From: Bacilli bacterium | GTDB lineage: Bacteria; Bacillota_I; Bacilli_A; RF39; UBA660 | Direction of reading: 5' to 3' | Assembly (NCBI GenBank): GCA_045125935.1 | Contig: JBGVNW010000056.1 | Coordinates: 64,715 to 128,714, forward strand | Length of the DNA stretch: 64,000 nucleotides | Part shown: one piece after another, positions 10,255 to 20,333 of the stretch | Layout: every line of letters starts with the position of its first letter | Position numbering within the stretch: position 1 is the stretch's first letter | Position numbers and translations under genes: made by a program | Notes under the pieces: model-generated | Database searches by the model: none | Seen by the model: only the letters and a program-made list of their open reading frames with translations | What the model was told of the DNA's origin: nothing

Positions 10255-10938
10255 CTAATTATTTTTACAGTATGTATCATAAAATTTCGATGGTAAAAAT
10301 AATTTTATATTAATTATAATCAATATAAAAATAGAAATAATATAAACAGAAAATGATATAGTAGATAAATTTTTAAACAACGATGCAAATATTATAAAAA
10401 TTGGAATCAAACTTAACAATTTTTTACTATTATTTAAACTAAACAAATTTAATGACAAAATAACTAATAATAGCATATTGATAGTAAACATCAAATCAAT
10501 AGCCATAATATAAATATAACTTGTAAATTCAATACTGGATTCAAATAATACAAAACAAGACAATACTACTAAATTAAGTATTACTCTCATTATAAAGATA
10601 TAAAATATAAAATTTGTTATTTCAAGCAACATCCATTTTTTTTTATTTATTCTGATCATTATATATTCAATAGTGTTATTTATGCTATCAACAAACACCT
10701 TAACAATAAGATATATTGTAATTAAATATGTCATTGCTTTTATTAAAATATCAAAAATATTTGCTTCGTTTATACTACCCAAACCTAAAATATAAGAATA
10801 TCGTTTTAAATCAAAATATGCTATAGCACTTCCATTTATGAAGATATATGTAAAAATAAATAGTAACTGCATTAAATAAAATTTTAATATACTACTTTTA
10901 AATTGCATTTTGTTTTTCAAAAATAAATATTTCATCAA
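10255..10938 (-). CDS. ABC-2-type permease-like membrane protein (LanG-like position)
   Basis: 227 aa with about 6 TM helices. It is the last gene of the ATPase-permease-permease string. Confidence 0.5.
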   Translation of the reverse strand: MMKYLFLKNKMQFKSSILKFYLMQLLFIFTYIFINGSAIAYFDLKRYSYILGLGSINEANIFDILIKAMTYLITIYLIVKVFVDSINNTIEYIMIRINKKKWMLLEITNFIFYIFIMRVILNLVVLSCFVLFESSIEFTSYIYIMAIDLMFTINMLLLVILSLNLFSLNNSKKLLSLIPIFIIFASLFKNLSTISFSVYIISIFILIIINIKLFLPSKFYDTYCKNN

Positions 10939-10943
10939 AACAC

Positions 10944-11702
10944 CTACTCATCAATTTTTATTTTATTAAATTTAATTAATAAATATATAAATAAAGCAAG
11001 TAATAAAAATAATAAACATATAAATATTATTGTATGAGATACTTCTAAATTAAAAGAAGCAAATTGAGCAGAAGTTAGATAATATTTAAAATTCAAACTC
11101 TTAATTGAAAAGTGACTAATTATATTTGATGATATGGGATGGCAATAATAAAGAGCCAAAATTATCAAGTAATATACATATCCAATTATTTTACCCCCAA
11201 ATTTATGTGCACAAATACCTATCAGCGACAGAATATTAATAATTATAAAATATTTTACTATGGTAAAGATACTATATGTTACATATGATATATTATAATA
11301 TTCAACATTTGAAAAGGTCATTAATCCAAAATATTTAAATGTAACAAATAATATTCCAATGACAATTGCTGATAAAAAGATTATAAAATTACCGATGGAT
11401 ATAGAAATTAAAAGTCTTTTTAAATAATCTATTTTATCATTAAATCGCAGTAGGGTCGAATAATCTTTATCAAATGATTCAAGAAATATACAAGACGATA
11501 CAAATACTATACTAATTAGTGGAAATAAAAATATTGAACTACTGATATAATTGAATAGAGCCTCAGAATAAGATATACTTGGTAAAATATTAAAAAAGCT
11601 AAAAAAACATGCCGAAAATATGGTTAAAAATATGATTTTAAATTTTTCCATATCTAAAATATACTTCACTCGAGAGAAATTAATTTTTATGCTATTTAAC
11701 AT
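10944..11702 (-). CDS. ABC-2-type permease-like membrane protein (LanE-like position)
   Basis: 252 aa with about 6 TM helices. Its start overlaps the end of the ATPase gene, suggesting translational coupling. Confidence 0.5.
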   Translation of the reverse strand: MLNSIKINFSRVKYILDMEKFKIIFLTIFSACFFSFFNILPSISYSEALFNYISSSIFLFPLISIVFVSSCIFLESFDKDYSTLLRFNDKIDYLKRLLISISIGNFIIFLSAIVIGILFVTFKYFGLMTFSNVEYYNISYVTYSIFTIVKYFIIINILSLIGICAHKFGGKIIGYVYYLIILALYYCHPISSNIISHFSIKSLNFKYYLTSAQFASFNLEVSHTIIFICLLFLLLALFIYLLIKFNKIKIDE

Positions 11703-12333
11703 TGTATTTTCTCAATTTACCAGACTCAAACATATATGTTTCATCCGCTAATTCCTTAATATCATCTTTAATATGACTCGTTATTATTATTATTTTATCT
11801 TCTTTTTTCATTTCTCTAAGTAATTTTTTTATCTTTTTTACTGAAACTTCATCGATTCCACTAAAAGCCTCGTCTAAAATTATAACTTGTGGATTTTCCA
11901 TAATCACTTGTGCTATGCCCAATTTTTGCTTCATTCCTAAAGAATATTCACCATATTTTTTATCTTTTTCTTGAAATAAGAAACATTTTTTTAGAGCTTT
12001 AAATATATCATTATCAGATATCTTATTTTGAATAGATGCTAATAATCTTAAATTTTCGTATCCTGTCAAATTCGGAATAAAATTAGGTCCTTCTATTAAT
12101 GCCCGTGTGTCCTTTGGAAATGAATTTGCCTTGATATAGTCAAAACCATCTTGTAAAATACAGCCATCTGTAGGTATATAAAAAGCACATAACATCTTTA
12201 AAAATACACTTTTACCTGAACCATTTGGTCCGATTATTCCATATATTTTTCCAGATTCAAAAGTGATGTTAACATTTTCAACAACTGTTACCTTTTTAAA
12301 CTTTTTTGTTAAATTTTTAACTTCAATCCTCAT
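11692..12333 (-). CDS. ABC transporter ATP-binding protein
   Basis: Walker A GPNGSGKS, signature YSLGMKQK, Walker B IILDEAFSGID and H-loop ITSH. 213 aa. Confidence 0.9.
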   Translation of the reverse strand: MRIEVKNLTKKFKKVTVVENVNITFESGKIYGIIGPNGSGKSVFLKMLCAFYIPTDGCILQDGFDYIKANSFPKDTRALIEGPNFIPNLTGYENLRLLASIQNKISDNDIFKALKKCFLFQEKDKKYGEYSLGMKQKLGIAQVIMENPQVIILDEAFSGIDEVSVKKIKKLLREMKKEDKIIIITSHIKDDIKELADETYMFESGKLRKYNVK

Positions 12334-12341
12334 ATTTCTCC

Positions 12342-13289
12342 CTATCTTTCACACATATTAATTAATTGTTCTTTATTGGCATAAGAACGTACTGCTATAA
12401 ATAGAGTTACAATAAACAGTACTATATTAAATCCCAGGTGTACATACATATTATCAATACCACTCCAAGTATATAAATTCATTAAATTGAAATTGTCTGG
12501 ATTAATTTCAAAATAATAATTACCTATATTACCAAATACTATAATACTAAAACACCATATAAAAAAAATAAATAGTTCGCTCTCTAATAAGGCAATAATA
12601 AAATTCTTAGTTCTACTTTGTACTATTAGGCCTATGTTTATATACAATCCCATTCCTAAAAATAATGTTAGAAAATAAATAAAAGGAAATGCTTTATTGT
12701 CAATGAATAATAAATTTGGTAGCACATAATTAAATCCAATATCTGCCGCAGGATTCATATTTCCTCCTGAAACAATAAAGGAAATTAAAAATGTTATCGC
12801 TATAATAATTGGAATAAAAAATATATTTTTATATGCTGTCTTAAATATATATTTTATGTATTGCCTGTAATTTTCACGTAAACAATAATTAGTGATTACC
12901 TTATTTTTAAATTCTCTTGATATTATATATACAAAAGGAAAAATCACTATTATTGGAATGAAAACTGGAAATAAAAAGCTTTCTTCAATAAAAAATTCAT
13001 CAAATGTATTATAGGTACTATTAGGCGGACTTCCGTATGAAACATATTTATTACACTCATCATCATTTAAATCAAAATCTTTATTTTTCTTTATAAGTTT
13101 CTCTTTCTCTGATTGAGTCGCTGAAGATAAATAAGTTTCACAAAGAGAGTACTGCTTATTTTCCCAAGACTGACCTTCTTTAGTGTCTTTTACTAATTTT
13201 CCCCAGCAAAGGACATAGTATATTATAAAAAGAACACACATAATTGCAACCAATTTACTACTAAAAATTAGATATTTTTTATATTTCAT
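12342..13289 (-). CDS. polytopic membrane protein with a large first extracytoplasmic loop (ABC-2-like accessory permease)
   Basis: 315 aa. TM1 is followed by a hydrophilic loop of about 80 aa and then about 5 TM helices. Confidence 0.45.
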   Translation of the reverse strand: MKYKKYLIFSSKLVAIMCVLFIIYYVLCWGKLVKDTKEGQSWENKQYSLCETYLSSATQSEKEKLIKKNKDFDLNDDECNKYVSYGSPPNSTYNTFDEFFIEESFLFPVFIPIIVIFPFVYIISREFKNKVITNYCLRENYRQYIKYIFKTAYKNIFFIPIIIAITFLISFIVSGGNMNPAADIGFNYVLPNLLFIDNKAFPFIYFLTLFLGMGLYINIGLIVQSRTKNFIIALLESELFIFFIWCFSIIVFGNIGNYYFEINPDNFNLMNLYTWSGIDNMYVHLGFNIVLFIVTLFIAVRSYANKEQLINMCER

Positions 13290-13342
13290 AAACTTTTCTC
13301 CTATTAAAGTAATAGAAATTATATTTCGCCTATTTTTTTAAT

Positions 13343-13744
13343 TTATTGGTCTAAATACCAAACACCACTGTGTCCAGCAGTGCATGGACTAAAAACGTCA
13401 TTTCTTATATATAAATTGTAAGCGTCAGCAGTATGAGTGCTGCCAGGATTATTTGACCAACTGCTAGTTGCACTATCAGAAACTTTTATCCAAGCTGATT
13501 CTCCACCTCTTTCAGATTCAACCATAACTTCAATTGTGTTACGATTGGAAGTACAACTATTTACTGTTCCTAAATTATAGTATGCCTGTGGACCAGAGCT
13601 TGTTTTTGTTTTGGGTCCTAATTGAGTTTCACCACTTAGTGCTTTTAATGTAATACTATAGTGGCCAGTAGTTGCAAAAGCTGAAATACCTGTTGCCAAA
13701 ATTGTGACTATTAATATTCCTAAAGTCAATTTAACATATTTCAT
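13343..13744 (-). CDS. small secreted protein of unknown function (~108-aa mature, 2 Cys)
   Basis: Sec-type signal MKYVKLTLGILIVTILATGISAFA. The mature part is Ser/Thr/Gly-rich with Cys at SCTSN and SPCTAG. It is the first gene of the cargo operon. Confidence 0.6.
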   Translation of the reverse strand: MKYVKLTLGILIVTILATGISAFATTGHYSITLKALSGETQLGPKTKTSSGPQAYYNLGTVNSCTSNRNTIEVMVESERGGESAWIKVSDSATSSWSNNPGSTHTADAYNLYIRNDVFSPCTAGHSGVWYLDQ

Positions 13745-13822
13745 TATTTTTCAACATCCTTTCACTTAGCGAGAATATAATTTCTATTAACTCTCGTATA
13801 TCATATTTTTTCTGCAATGTCA

Positions 13823-13856
13823 ATATTTTCCTAGATATAATATTTTCCTAGATATA
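13823..13856 (-). promoter_or_regulatory. perfect 17-bp tandem direct repeat x2 abutting the -35 of the cargo operon promoter
   Basis: atattttcctagatata occurs at 13823-13839 and again at 13840-13856. On the minus strand the repeats are followed by TTGACA, a 17-nt spacer, then TATACG preceded by TGa (extended -10), about 50 nt before the 13744 start. Confidence 0.55.
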
Positions 13857-14070
13857 ATACTTGTGAATAAAGGAAATAAGAAGCAATGCGTAAGAATTTT
13901 TTTGACAATTTATAATGAAGAAATAATATTTTACAATAACTTTATTTTGTATAATATTGTTTTAAAAGGATGTTTTAAGTTTTTTGCTAAAATATCTAAA
14001 AAATCAAATTTATAATTTTATTCTAATGATTCTGCTTCTTATTTTTAATCCATAATTATATACGTTTTAG

Positions 14071-15555
14071 CTAATTGTATATTATACCAAATCCGTAGAT
14101 ACTATTACTGTTTACATTATATTGATTTTTCTTTACTTCATTATCTAAATTTCCTTCTATTGTATAGATCGTATTATTTTTTACGAATTCTACTATGCCA
14201 ACATGATTTATTTTCCCATCACCTTCCCAATCAAAAAAAATTAAATCTCCAGCTTTAGGAATATACTTTGATGTTTTCCATTTTCCTTTACTTTTAAACC
14301 AATTTGCTCCTGTTTCACAAACTGAAAATTTTGGAATTGTTCCACTTTCTATATAACCAGCTTGATTTGCAACCCAACTAACAAATATCGCACACCATTC
14401 TACTCTTGACGAAAATCCATACCACGACCAATAAGGTTTTCCACCAACATTTCCAACTTGAGATAAAGCTATTTGTACTATATTTGAATTACTATTGGAT
14501 GTTCCATATATTAAAAACATCCATAAATTATTATATTTATCACTTAATAATTCAGCTATTTGTTTTTGTTGCTGAAAATTAAAATTGTATTTTTTTATTA
14601 TTTGGTCTAAAGATTTACTACTTATAGTTATATATAGAATTGTACTATTTTTATCATCTTTTATTTCTTCAGTTGTTATGTGTGTTATTTCATTTGTTTT
14701 CCAAAATATTTTTTTTAAAATTTCTGCTTGTGTGTCATTAAACGTAAGAAAAGCTATTTTATTATCACCATTGGATATCTTTGCAATATAAATTGATAAA
14801 ACTATTTTCCATTCTGCTTGATTATAATTTATTATGCATTCATCATGTTTAATAGATTGCTGTATATTTGAGATTTTTATTGATACCTCATTATTCAGTT
14901 CTCTTACCACATCACTTATAGTAATATTGTTCTTTTCAACATCTTCATTTGAAAAAAATATTCCAAAAACAGAGTTGCACAATAATCCTATTAGACAGCA
15001 AGCAATTATAATTATAGTCACTATCCATCCTCCTGCAATTAAAGTAGAAATCAATGCTTTTGTTCCTGCAATAATTCCTTTTATAGAAGATGCAGTAACT
15101 TTGATTGCCAACTTTACCCCTTGATATGTTTTTATAACAGTCAATCTTGCTAATTTAATTGCTTGTTGAGATGATTTAATACTTTCGGTTGCAACTTGTT
15201 GACTGGTTTTTATTCCTTTTGTAGTATTTTTTAATTTTCTTTTTTTAGTTAGTTTAGTCTTTACAGATTTAATTTTTGTTTTAGTTTTCACAATATTGCT
15301 TTTAGTAGTCTTAACTGCATCACTACTCTTTTGTTTTATTTTTCCAGTGCTTACTGCTACTGCATTTCCAGTATTCGTTATTTTATTAACTGCATATTCA
15401 TTGACATTTCTAGCTTCGTTAGTGGTTGCATTTTCACTCTTTTGTTTTAAATTAATAATGTTATCTTTTATTTTTTGAGTTGCAACAACTTGTTTATCAA
15501 GAGTCTTAATAGTACCTTTTATAACTTCTTTTGTCTTAATGTTAGACATAATCAT
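14071..15555 (-). CDS. conjugation peptidoglycan hydrolase (N-terminal coiled/TM region + C-terminal CHAP/NlpC-P60 domain)
   Basis: 494 aa. It has a TM segment GGWIVTIIIIACCLIGLL. The C-terminus has WCAIFVSWVANQAGY (catalytic Cys) and GDLIFFDW...INHVGIVE (His). Confidence 0.8.
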   Translation of the reverse strand: MIMSNIKTKEVIKGTIKTLDKQVVATQKIKDNIINLKQKSENATTNEARNVNEYAVNKITNTGNAVAVSTGKIKQKSSDAVKTTKSNIVKTKTKIKSVKTKLTKKRKLKNTTKGIKTSQQVATESIKSSQQAIKLARLTVIKTYQGVKLAIKVTASSIKGIIAGTKALISTLIAGGWIVTIIIIACCLIGLLCNSVFGIFFSNEDVEKNNITISDVVRELNNEVSIKISNIQQSIKHDECIINYNQAEWKIVLSIYIAKISNGDNKIAFLTFNDTQAEILKKIFWKTNEITHITTEEIKDDKNSTILYITISSKSLDQIIKKYNFNFQQQKQIAELLSDKYNNLWMFLIYGTSNSNSNIVQIALSQVGNVGGKPYWSWYGFSSRVEWCAIFVSWVANQAGYIESGTIPKFSVCETGANWFKSKGKWKTSKYIPKAGDLIFFDWEGDGKINHVGIVEFVKNNTIYTIEGNLDNEVKKNQYNVNSNSIYGFGIIYN

Positions 15556-17867
15556 TCTCCTGGTTTAGTAGTCATCAATTTATATAATTTAGTATTGCTA
15601 GGAAACTTATTTATAAATGGAACAAGAGAACTACCGTATCTTATTAGACCACATCCTGCATCAGAGTTAGTAATATAAGACATTTGCTCATCAGAAATAT
15701 TTAATAGTTTTGCTAATTCTTTTCGATCACTTGCTGCTTGATTAAGCATAACTATAAATTCACTATTAGATAACATAGTTGAGGCTTCTACTGATGACAA
15801 AAGGTATTCTACATTTTGAGTTATTGCTGTTGGATAAGCATTTCTCTTACGAAATTGCCTCCAAGCTGAGTTAAAAAATGTTGCTGAATATTCATTTTTA
15901 AATAGTACATGAATTTCATCAATAAAAATATGTGTTCTTTTTCCATTTCTATAATTATCTGATACTCTATTTATCATTGCATCTGTTATTACTAAGAGTC
16001 CCATGGTCTTTAATTGTTTACCTAATTTATAAATATCATAAGATATTATTCTACTATTAGTATCAACATTAGTTTCATGTGCAAACACATTCAGAGAACC
16101 ATTAGTAAATAATTCGAGTGATAAAGCAAGTTCACAAGCTTCTTTTTCTGGTTGTTCTAGCAATTTTTGTCTTAATGACATTAAAGTTGGTATAACACCT
16201 GCTCTATGATAATCATCGTAGACCAAAGCTGTACATCTATCTATGATAGATTTTTCTTTTGGCCCTAATCCCTTTTTATCAAGCTGTTCAAATAATGATA
16301 AAACAAACTCTGATTTATCAGCTATAGGATTAATACTATCTCCGTAACCATCAATCATATCCATGGCATTTATATGATCTTTACTACTTGCTGATATTAC
16401 GATTACTTCTCCACCCATTGCTTTAACTAAAGTTGAATATTCTCCCTCTGGATCGCAAATCAAAATATCGTCGTCTGTCGATAATGCTAAAAATGAAATT
16501 AATTCTTTAGCACTAAATGATTTACCACTACCAGGTACTCCTAATAAAAAAGAAGATTGATTTAAAAGATTTGATTTATTAACCATAATTAAATTATGAC
16601 TTATAGCATTTTCTCCATAATATATTCCGTCTTTGTCCATTATTTCTTGTACTCTGAAAGGATTTAAAACTGCTAGACTTTCAGTAGTCAATGTTCTTAA
16701 ATTCTTTATTTTTCTAACTCCTATTGGTAAAGCTGTATTAAGATCATTCATTTGTTGATATTTTAGTGGAGATATTTGACATAAATGCTTTCTTGCGGTC
16801 ATTAGTACAGTTTCTGTATCTGCCTCTAATTGTTCTTTTGTATCCGCAGTAATTACAAGTGTTAAATTAGCAAACATCATTCTTTGGTCTCTAGTAGTTA
16901 AATCATCTAAAAATTCCTTACTTTCCTTCCTTTGTTGTTCCATATCATAAGGAATAACTGCTGAAAAATTATTATTAGCATTTTGTTTTCTTTGCCAGTT
17001 AGCAATATTAGTTTCTACTCCTAGTAATCTATTTTCAACTTCTCTTACTGCCTCATCTGTTGGTATGGGAATAACATCAATACTCATCATCATATTTTGG
17101 TTCATATCTGTTAATTCTGCTATAAAACTGTCTCTGATATAACTAGCACATTCTTTTAAAAATAAAACTCTACCAAACCTTTTACCTATTTCAAAGTAAT
17201 CACTTTTAAATGAGAAACCATCAGGGCATATATAATCTTTAAAATTATGTCCTTTTTTCATTAAATCTTTTATATCTAAATTATAATTAACTTCTTCCCC
17301 TATTCTATAAAAATCATGCAGTATTCTTAATTTTTCTTTGGCATCTAATTCTATACATTTACTACCTAATTTAGCCAAGTGTGAAACAATATTATTTCCT
17401 ATTCTTCTAAAATAATTTTTAGCTTCTTCATAATTCTTTTTAACAACTGATACAGTTAAATATATTTCCCTAACCATGCCATTGCTCCCTATTGTTTTAT
17501 CTAATAGCATTTGATTATATTCCTGTCTATAAATATCTAAACCATCTTGTTTAAATGGTAATAATATTTCTTTTTCGAAATCTTTCTTATTTATTCTTCT
17601 TAATGCTACTGTTATCTTCGTTGTTGCTCCACTATCAAATGAATTTAATAATTCTGAATAATCTAAGAACATTGCCTCTTTATCTTCTTTTGATGCAACT
17701 GCATAATTAATATCACTAAATTTGTAAGTTAAGGCATATTTATTCTTACCTACTAAAAAAATACCATCTGTCCATATTCTTTGAATAGGTATTACTTGTT
17801 GAATGTTTTTAGGTATTAAAAAATCTTCTTTTTCCTGTCTTTGAATATTTTGTAGCGATTTTATCAT
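15552..17867 (-). CDS. VirB4-like conjugal transfer ATPase (CD1110-type)
   Basis: 771 aa. Walker A GVPGSGKS and Walker B-like HIFIDEIH. The N-terminus IQRIWTDGIF...YALTYKFSDINY is typical of Firmicutes VirB4/TcpF-like proteins. Confidence 0.85.
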   Translation of the reverse strand: MIKSLQNIQRQEKEDFLIPKNIQQVIPIQRIWTDGIFLVGKNKYALTYKFSDINYAVASKEDKEAMFLDYSELLNSFDSGATTKITVALRRINKKDFEKEILLPFKQDGLDIYRQEYNQMLLDKTIGSNGMVREIYLTVSVVKKNYEEAKNYFRRIGNNIVSHLAKLGSKCIELDAKEKLRILHDFYRIGEEVNYNLDIKDLMKKGHNFKDYICPDGFSFKSDYFEIGKRFGRVLFLKECASYIRDSFIAELTDMNQNMMMSIDVIPIPTDEAVREVENRLLGVETNIANWQRKQNANNNFSAVIPYDMEQQRKESKEFLDDLTTRDQRMMFANLTLVITADTKEQLEADTETVLMTARKHLCQISPLKYQQMNDLNTALPIGVRKIKNLRTLTTESLAVLNPFRVQEIMDKDGIYYGENAISHNLIMVNKSNLLNQSSFLLGVPGSGKSFSAKELISFLALSTDDDILICDPEGEYSTLVKAMGGEVIVISASSKDHINAMDMIDGYGDSINPIADKSEFVLSLFEQLDKKGLGPKEKSIIDRCTALVYDDYHRAGVIPTLMSLRQKLLEQPEKEACELALSLELFTNGSLNVFAHETNVDTNSRIISYDIYKLGKQLKTMGLLVITDAMINRVSDNYRNGKRTHIFIDEIHVLFKNEYSATFFNSAWRQFRKRNAYPTAITQNVEYLLSSVEASTMLSNSEFIVMLNQAASDRKELAKLLNISDEQMSYITNSDAGCGLIRYGSSLVPFINKFPSNTKLYKLMTTKPGE

Positions 17868-18225
17868 TATTTTTTAATTCCTCCTTTTCTTTATTTTCTA
17901 AGTATGATTTTATTGATTCATAATAAATATTTTGTGATTCAAACTTTAATTCTTTTGGTGTTAATACTTCCGATACTATAAATGCTATGATAAATTCTTC
18001 CATTGTCATTCCGTTATATTTTATAAAACCAAATGCTATAAACGGAAATGAAAAGAGTATACATAACCATGAAGTCAGTTCAACTCCTAAATACTCTATA
18101 AATGAATAATAACTTAAAATTGCGGCTCCACAGGCCAATATAGTAAATATAAATTGTCTCAAAGATAATCCAAAAAAGATATTTTCAGTATAATTTCTTA
18201 TTTCACGATTTATTTTTACTTCCAT
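17809..18225 (-). CDS. PrgI-family (VirB3-like) membrane protein
   Basis: 138 aa. MEVKINREIRNYTENIFFGLSLRQFIF followed by two TM helices. It overlaps the start of virB4. Confidence 0.65.
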   Translation of the reverse strand: MEVKINREIRNYTENIFFGLSLRQFIFTILACGAAILSYYSFIEYLGVELTSWLCILFSFPFIAFGFIKYNGMTMEEFIIAFIVSEVLTPKELKFESQNIYYESIKSYLENKEKEELKNNDKIATKYSKTGKRRFFNT

Positions 18226-19103
18226 TATCTATCTTCCCTTCTATAATTTCTATTTTTAACATTTCTATCAATGTACTCACATATTTCATTTGCTTTTGAT
18301 ATTGCTTTAAATAACTCTTGCGGTTTATTTTCTAAAATTTTAATCCAAGATTGTATGTAACTCTTATGATTGTCATAATGTTCATTTTTTGTTTGTATAT
18401 TTAATTTTTGCATAAGAAAAGAAGAACTAATTTCTGCAATCAATTCTTCTTTAGCATATGCTTCTTTGCTATTGCCAAAATTTCTATTTAGTCTTTTTTC
18501 ATTTCCTGTAGCATGACAGATTTCATGAAGTTGTGTGGCATAATAATAATACTTATCAAAGAATTTAGAAGATTTTGGTATAACTATTTCATCGTTTAAG
18601 GTATTGTAATATGCTCCATCTCCTTCTTCTCTATATTTTACATTGATATTCTTTATAATGTTTTTGATAATTTTTGATGGTTCAATTTTCGAATTGTTAA
18701 TAACTTCAATGTAATTATCTACTCCATCAATATATTTTGCGTTATATACATATGTACACCTTGCTATTATTTTAAAATCATTAACTTCTTCAGGGTGTTT
18801 TTCTATGTATTCGTTATATTCAGATAAATTATATTTTCTTTTATTCCTAATGTTATAACTACTCCAAAATTCAATTGGAACGCCTTTTCCCTTAGCAGAT
18901 TTATTTAATTTCCATCCTTTATTATTAATTTGTACAAATGTATACCATCTTGGATCTTCATATTTTTCTTTTGATGATATAAATGACAATAACAAGCTAT
19001 TTACCCCTTTATATTCAATATTAGTTATTCCATTAATATTTCTATTACTATACCATCCTTTTCTCCATGTTATTTCATCTTCTTTTAAACAAGCAACATA
19101 CAT
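18225..19103 (-). CDS. ArdC-like antirestriction protein (ssDNA-binding N-domain + zincin HExxH metallopeptidase)
   Basis: 292 aa with HEICHATG (HExxH). The N-terminal WRKGW/PIEFWS region resembles DUF1738. The annotated ATG lacks an RBS; AAGGAGG lies 47 nt upstream, in frame, with no stop in between, so the true start may be non-canonical. Confidence 0.65.
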   Translation of the reverse strand: MYVACLKEDEITWRKGWYSNRNINGITNIEYKGVNSLLLSFISSKEKYEDPRWYTFVQINNKGWKLNKSAKGKGVPIEFWSSYNIRNKRKYNLSEYNEYIEKHPEEVNDFKIIARCTYVYNAKYIDGVDNYIEVINNSKIEPSKIIKNIIKNINVKYREEGDGAYYNTLNDEIVIPKSSKFFDKYYYYATQLHEICHATGNEKRLNRNFGNSKEAYAKEELIAEISSSFLMQKLNIQTKNEHYDNHKSYIQSWIKILENKPQELFKAISKANEICEYIDRNVKNRNYRREDR

Positions 19104-19153
19104 TTCAATTAATTTTTGTCTACTTTTATTATTTATATTAACTCCTCCTTATC

Positions 19154-19990
19154 TCATAATCCCATCATTTCTCTTACTACTCTGTCTGATAATTTTATTG
19201 TTCCTACTAGAACCAACATATTAAAAATTAATTCTCCAGTATATTTCCATACTTGAGTTACTGCAGAAGCATTTATATCTACTACTGGTGGCGTTGTTGC
19301 AAATAATGAAAATATAATGCATGAAAGTACAATAATTGCTCCTTCTAAGCAAACTGCACAGTATGACTTTAAAAAGCTCATCCCTATATTCTGTGTCGTT
19401 TCTCCAGCAAAAGTTGATAAGGGTACTGGTGCTAGTGCTGTATATAAATACAATTTAAAGAATCTTCCATATACTGTTAGTATCATTATGAAAGATAAAA
19501 TTGTTACAAATAAGCCACCAATAAGTGTTACCGCCCATAGTGGAATTGATTCGAAAAATCCACAATTTTCTACTGCAGCAATTATTTCTTGTGGTAGTAT
19601 AGTCTTTGTTATAGTTCCAAGTCCCGATGTTTCCATAATGGTTGAAATAATACCTTGGCAGATTTTAAATATTGCTAAAAGTAAATCCATTCCATAAGTT
19701 ACAATTATTTTTGCAATTGCAAATCTTATAAATAATTTTAAAGCTTGTTCTGGTCTTTTTATATCCGTAATTGAACCACATGTTTTAATTACACCTACTA
19801 TAAAGAATAATACCAATAAAGCTAAGCCAATCGCTTGTAATGTTCCGTGAATACTTTTTATTGCATTCCATATTTCTCCACCCTTGAATGTTTCTGGTGT
19901 TTGAGTAATTAAATCCCATATTTCACATAATTTAGAATTCCATGTATCTAGTGCATTTTGCAAGTTTTCTATAATCCAATTATTACTCAA
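19154..19990 (-). CDS. VirB6-like polytopic membrane protein (CD0415/CD1112-type)
   Basis: 278 aa with about 6 TM helices, located between the Maff2 and ArdC genes as in Tn1549-like elements. Confidence 0.6.
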   Translation of the reverse strand: MSNNWIIENLQNALDTWNSKLCEIWDLITQTPETFKGGEIWNAIKSIHGTLQAIGLALLVLFFIVGVIKTCGSITDIKRPEQALKLFIRFAIAKIIVTYGMDLLLAIFKICQGIISTIMETSGLGTITKTILPQEIIAAVENCGFFESIPLWAVTLIGGLFVTILSFIMILTVYGRFFKLYLYTALAPVPLSTFAGETTQNIGMSFLKSYCAVCLEGAIIVLSCIIFSLFATTPPVVDINASAVTQVWKYTGELIFNMLVLVGTIKLSDRVVREMMGL

Positions 19991-20009
19991 TTATTTCATC
20001 TCCCTAAAT

Positions 20010-20333
20010 CTATTTTTGTCCAGTTATTAAATTTAATATTTCTTTAGAGAACATAATAATAATTCCACCAAGGAAAGTATTGAAACCGTTAGTTTTTTGA
20101 CTTGGATCATGACTCTGATATGACATTCCTATTTGAGTAAGACTGATAACTACTACAATTGTTCCTATTGCTCTTGTAACACTAAAAATAAAATCTGATA
20201 AATTATTAATTACTGTTAATGGATCATCTGCTGCATATACTGGAGTTACTGAATTTATAATAAGCGATATTATTGATATAAGCATTAATAATTTTCTCTT
20301 TTTTCTATCTTTTATATTCTTTTTATTTTTCAT
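20010..20333 (-). CDS. Maff2-family small membrane protein (pilin-like)
   Basis: 107 aa. A signal-like N-terminus ends PVYAADDPL, followed by two TM helices and SHDPSQKTNGF. Confidence 0.6.
   Translation of the reverse strand: MKNKKNIKDRKKRKLLMLISIISLIINSVTPVYAADDPLTVINNLSDFIFSVTRAIGTIVVVISLTQIGMSYQSHDPSQKTNGFNTFLGGIIIMFSKEILNLITGQK

Noticed and set aside
9000-14070. Looked for a lantibiotic or class II bacteriocin precursor (leader with GG or FNLD motif, Cys/Ser/Thr-rich core) and for modification enzymes next to the LanFEG-like transporter
   Set aside because: No convincing small precursor ORF with an RBS was found by eye, and no LanB/C/M-sized gene is present. The only secreted product is the 133-aa Sec-dependent protein.
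19104-19150. Possible N-terminal extension of the ArdC-like gene from a non-canonical start (ATA/GTT) placed correctly after AAGGAGG
   Set aside because: This cannot be decided from the sequence alone. The ATG at 19103 is kept as the conservative start and the doubt is noted in the feature.
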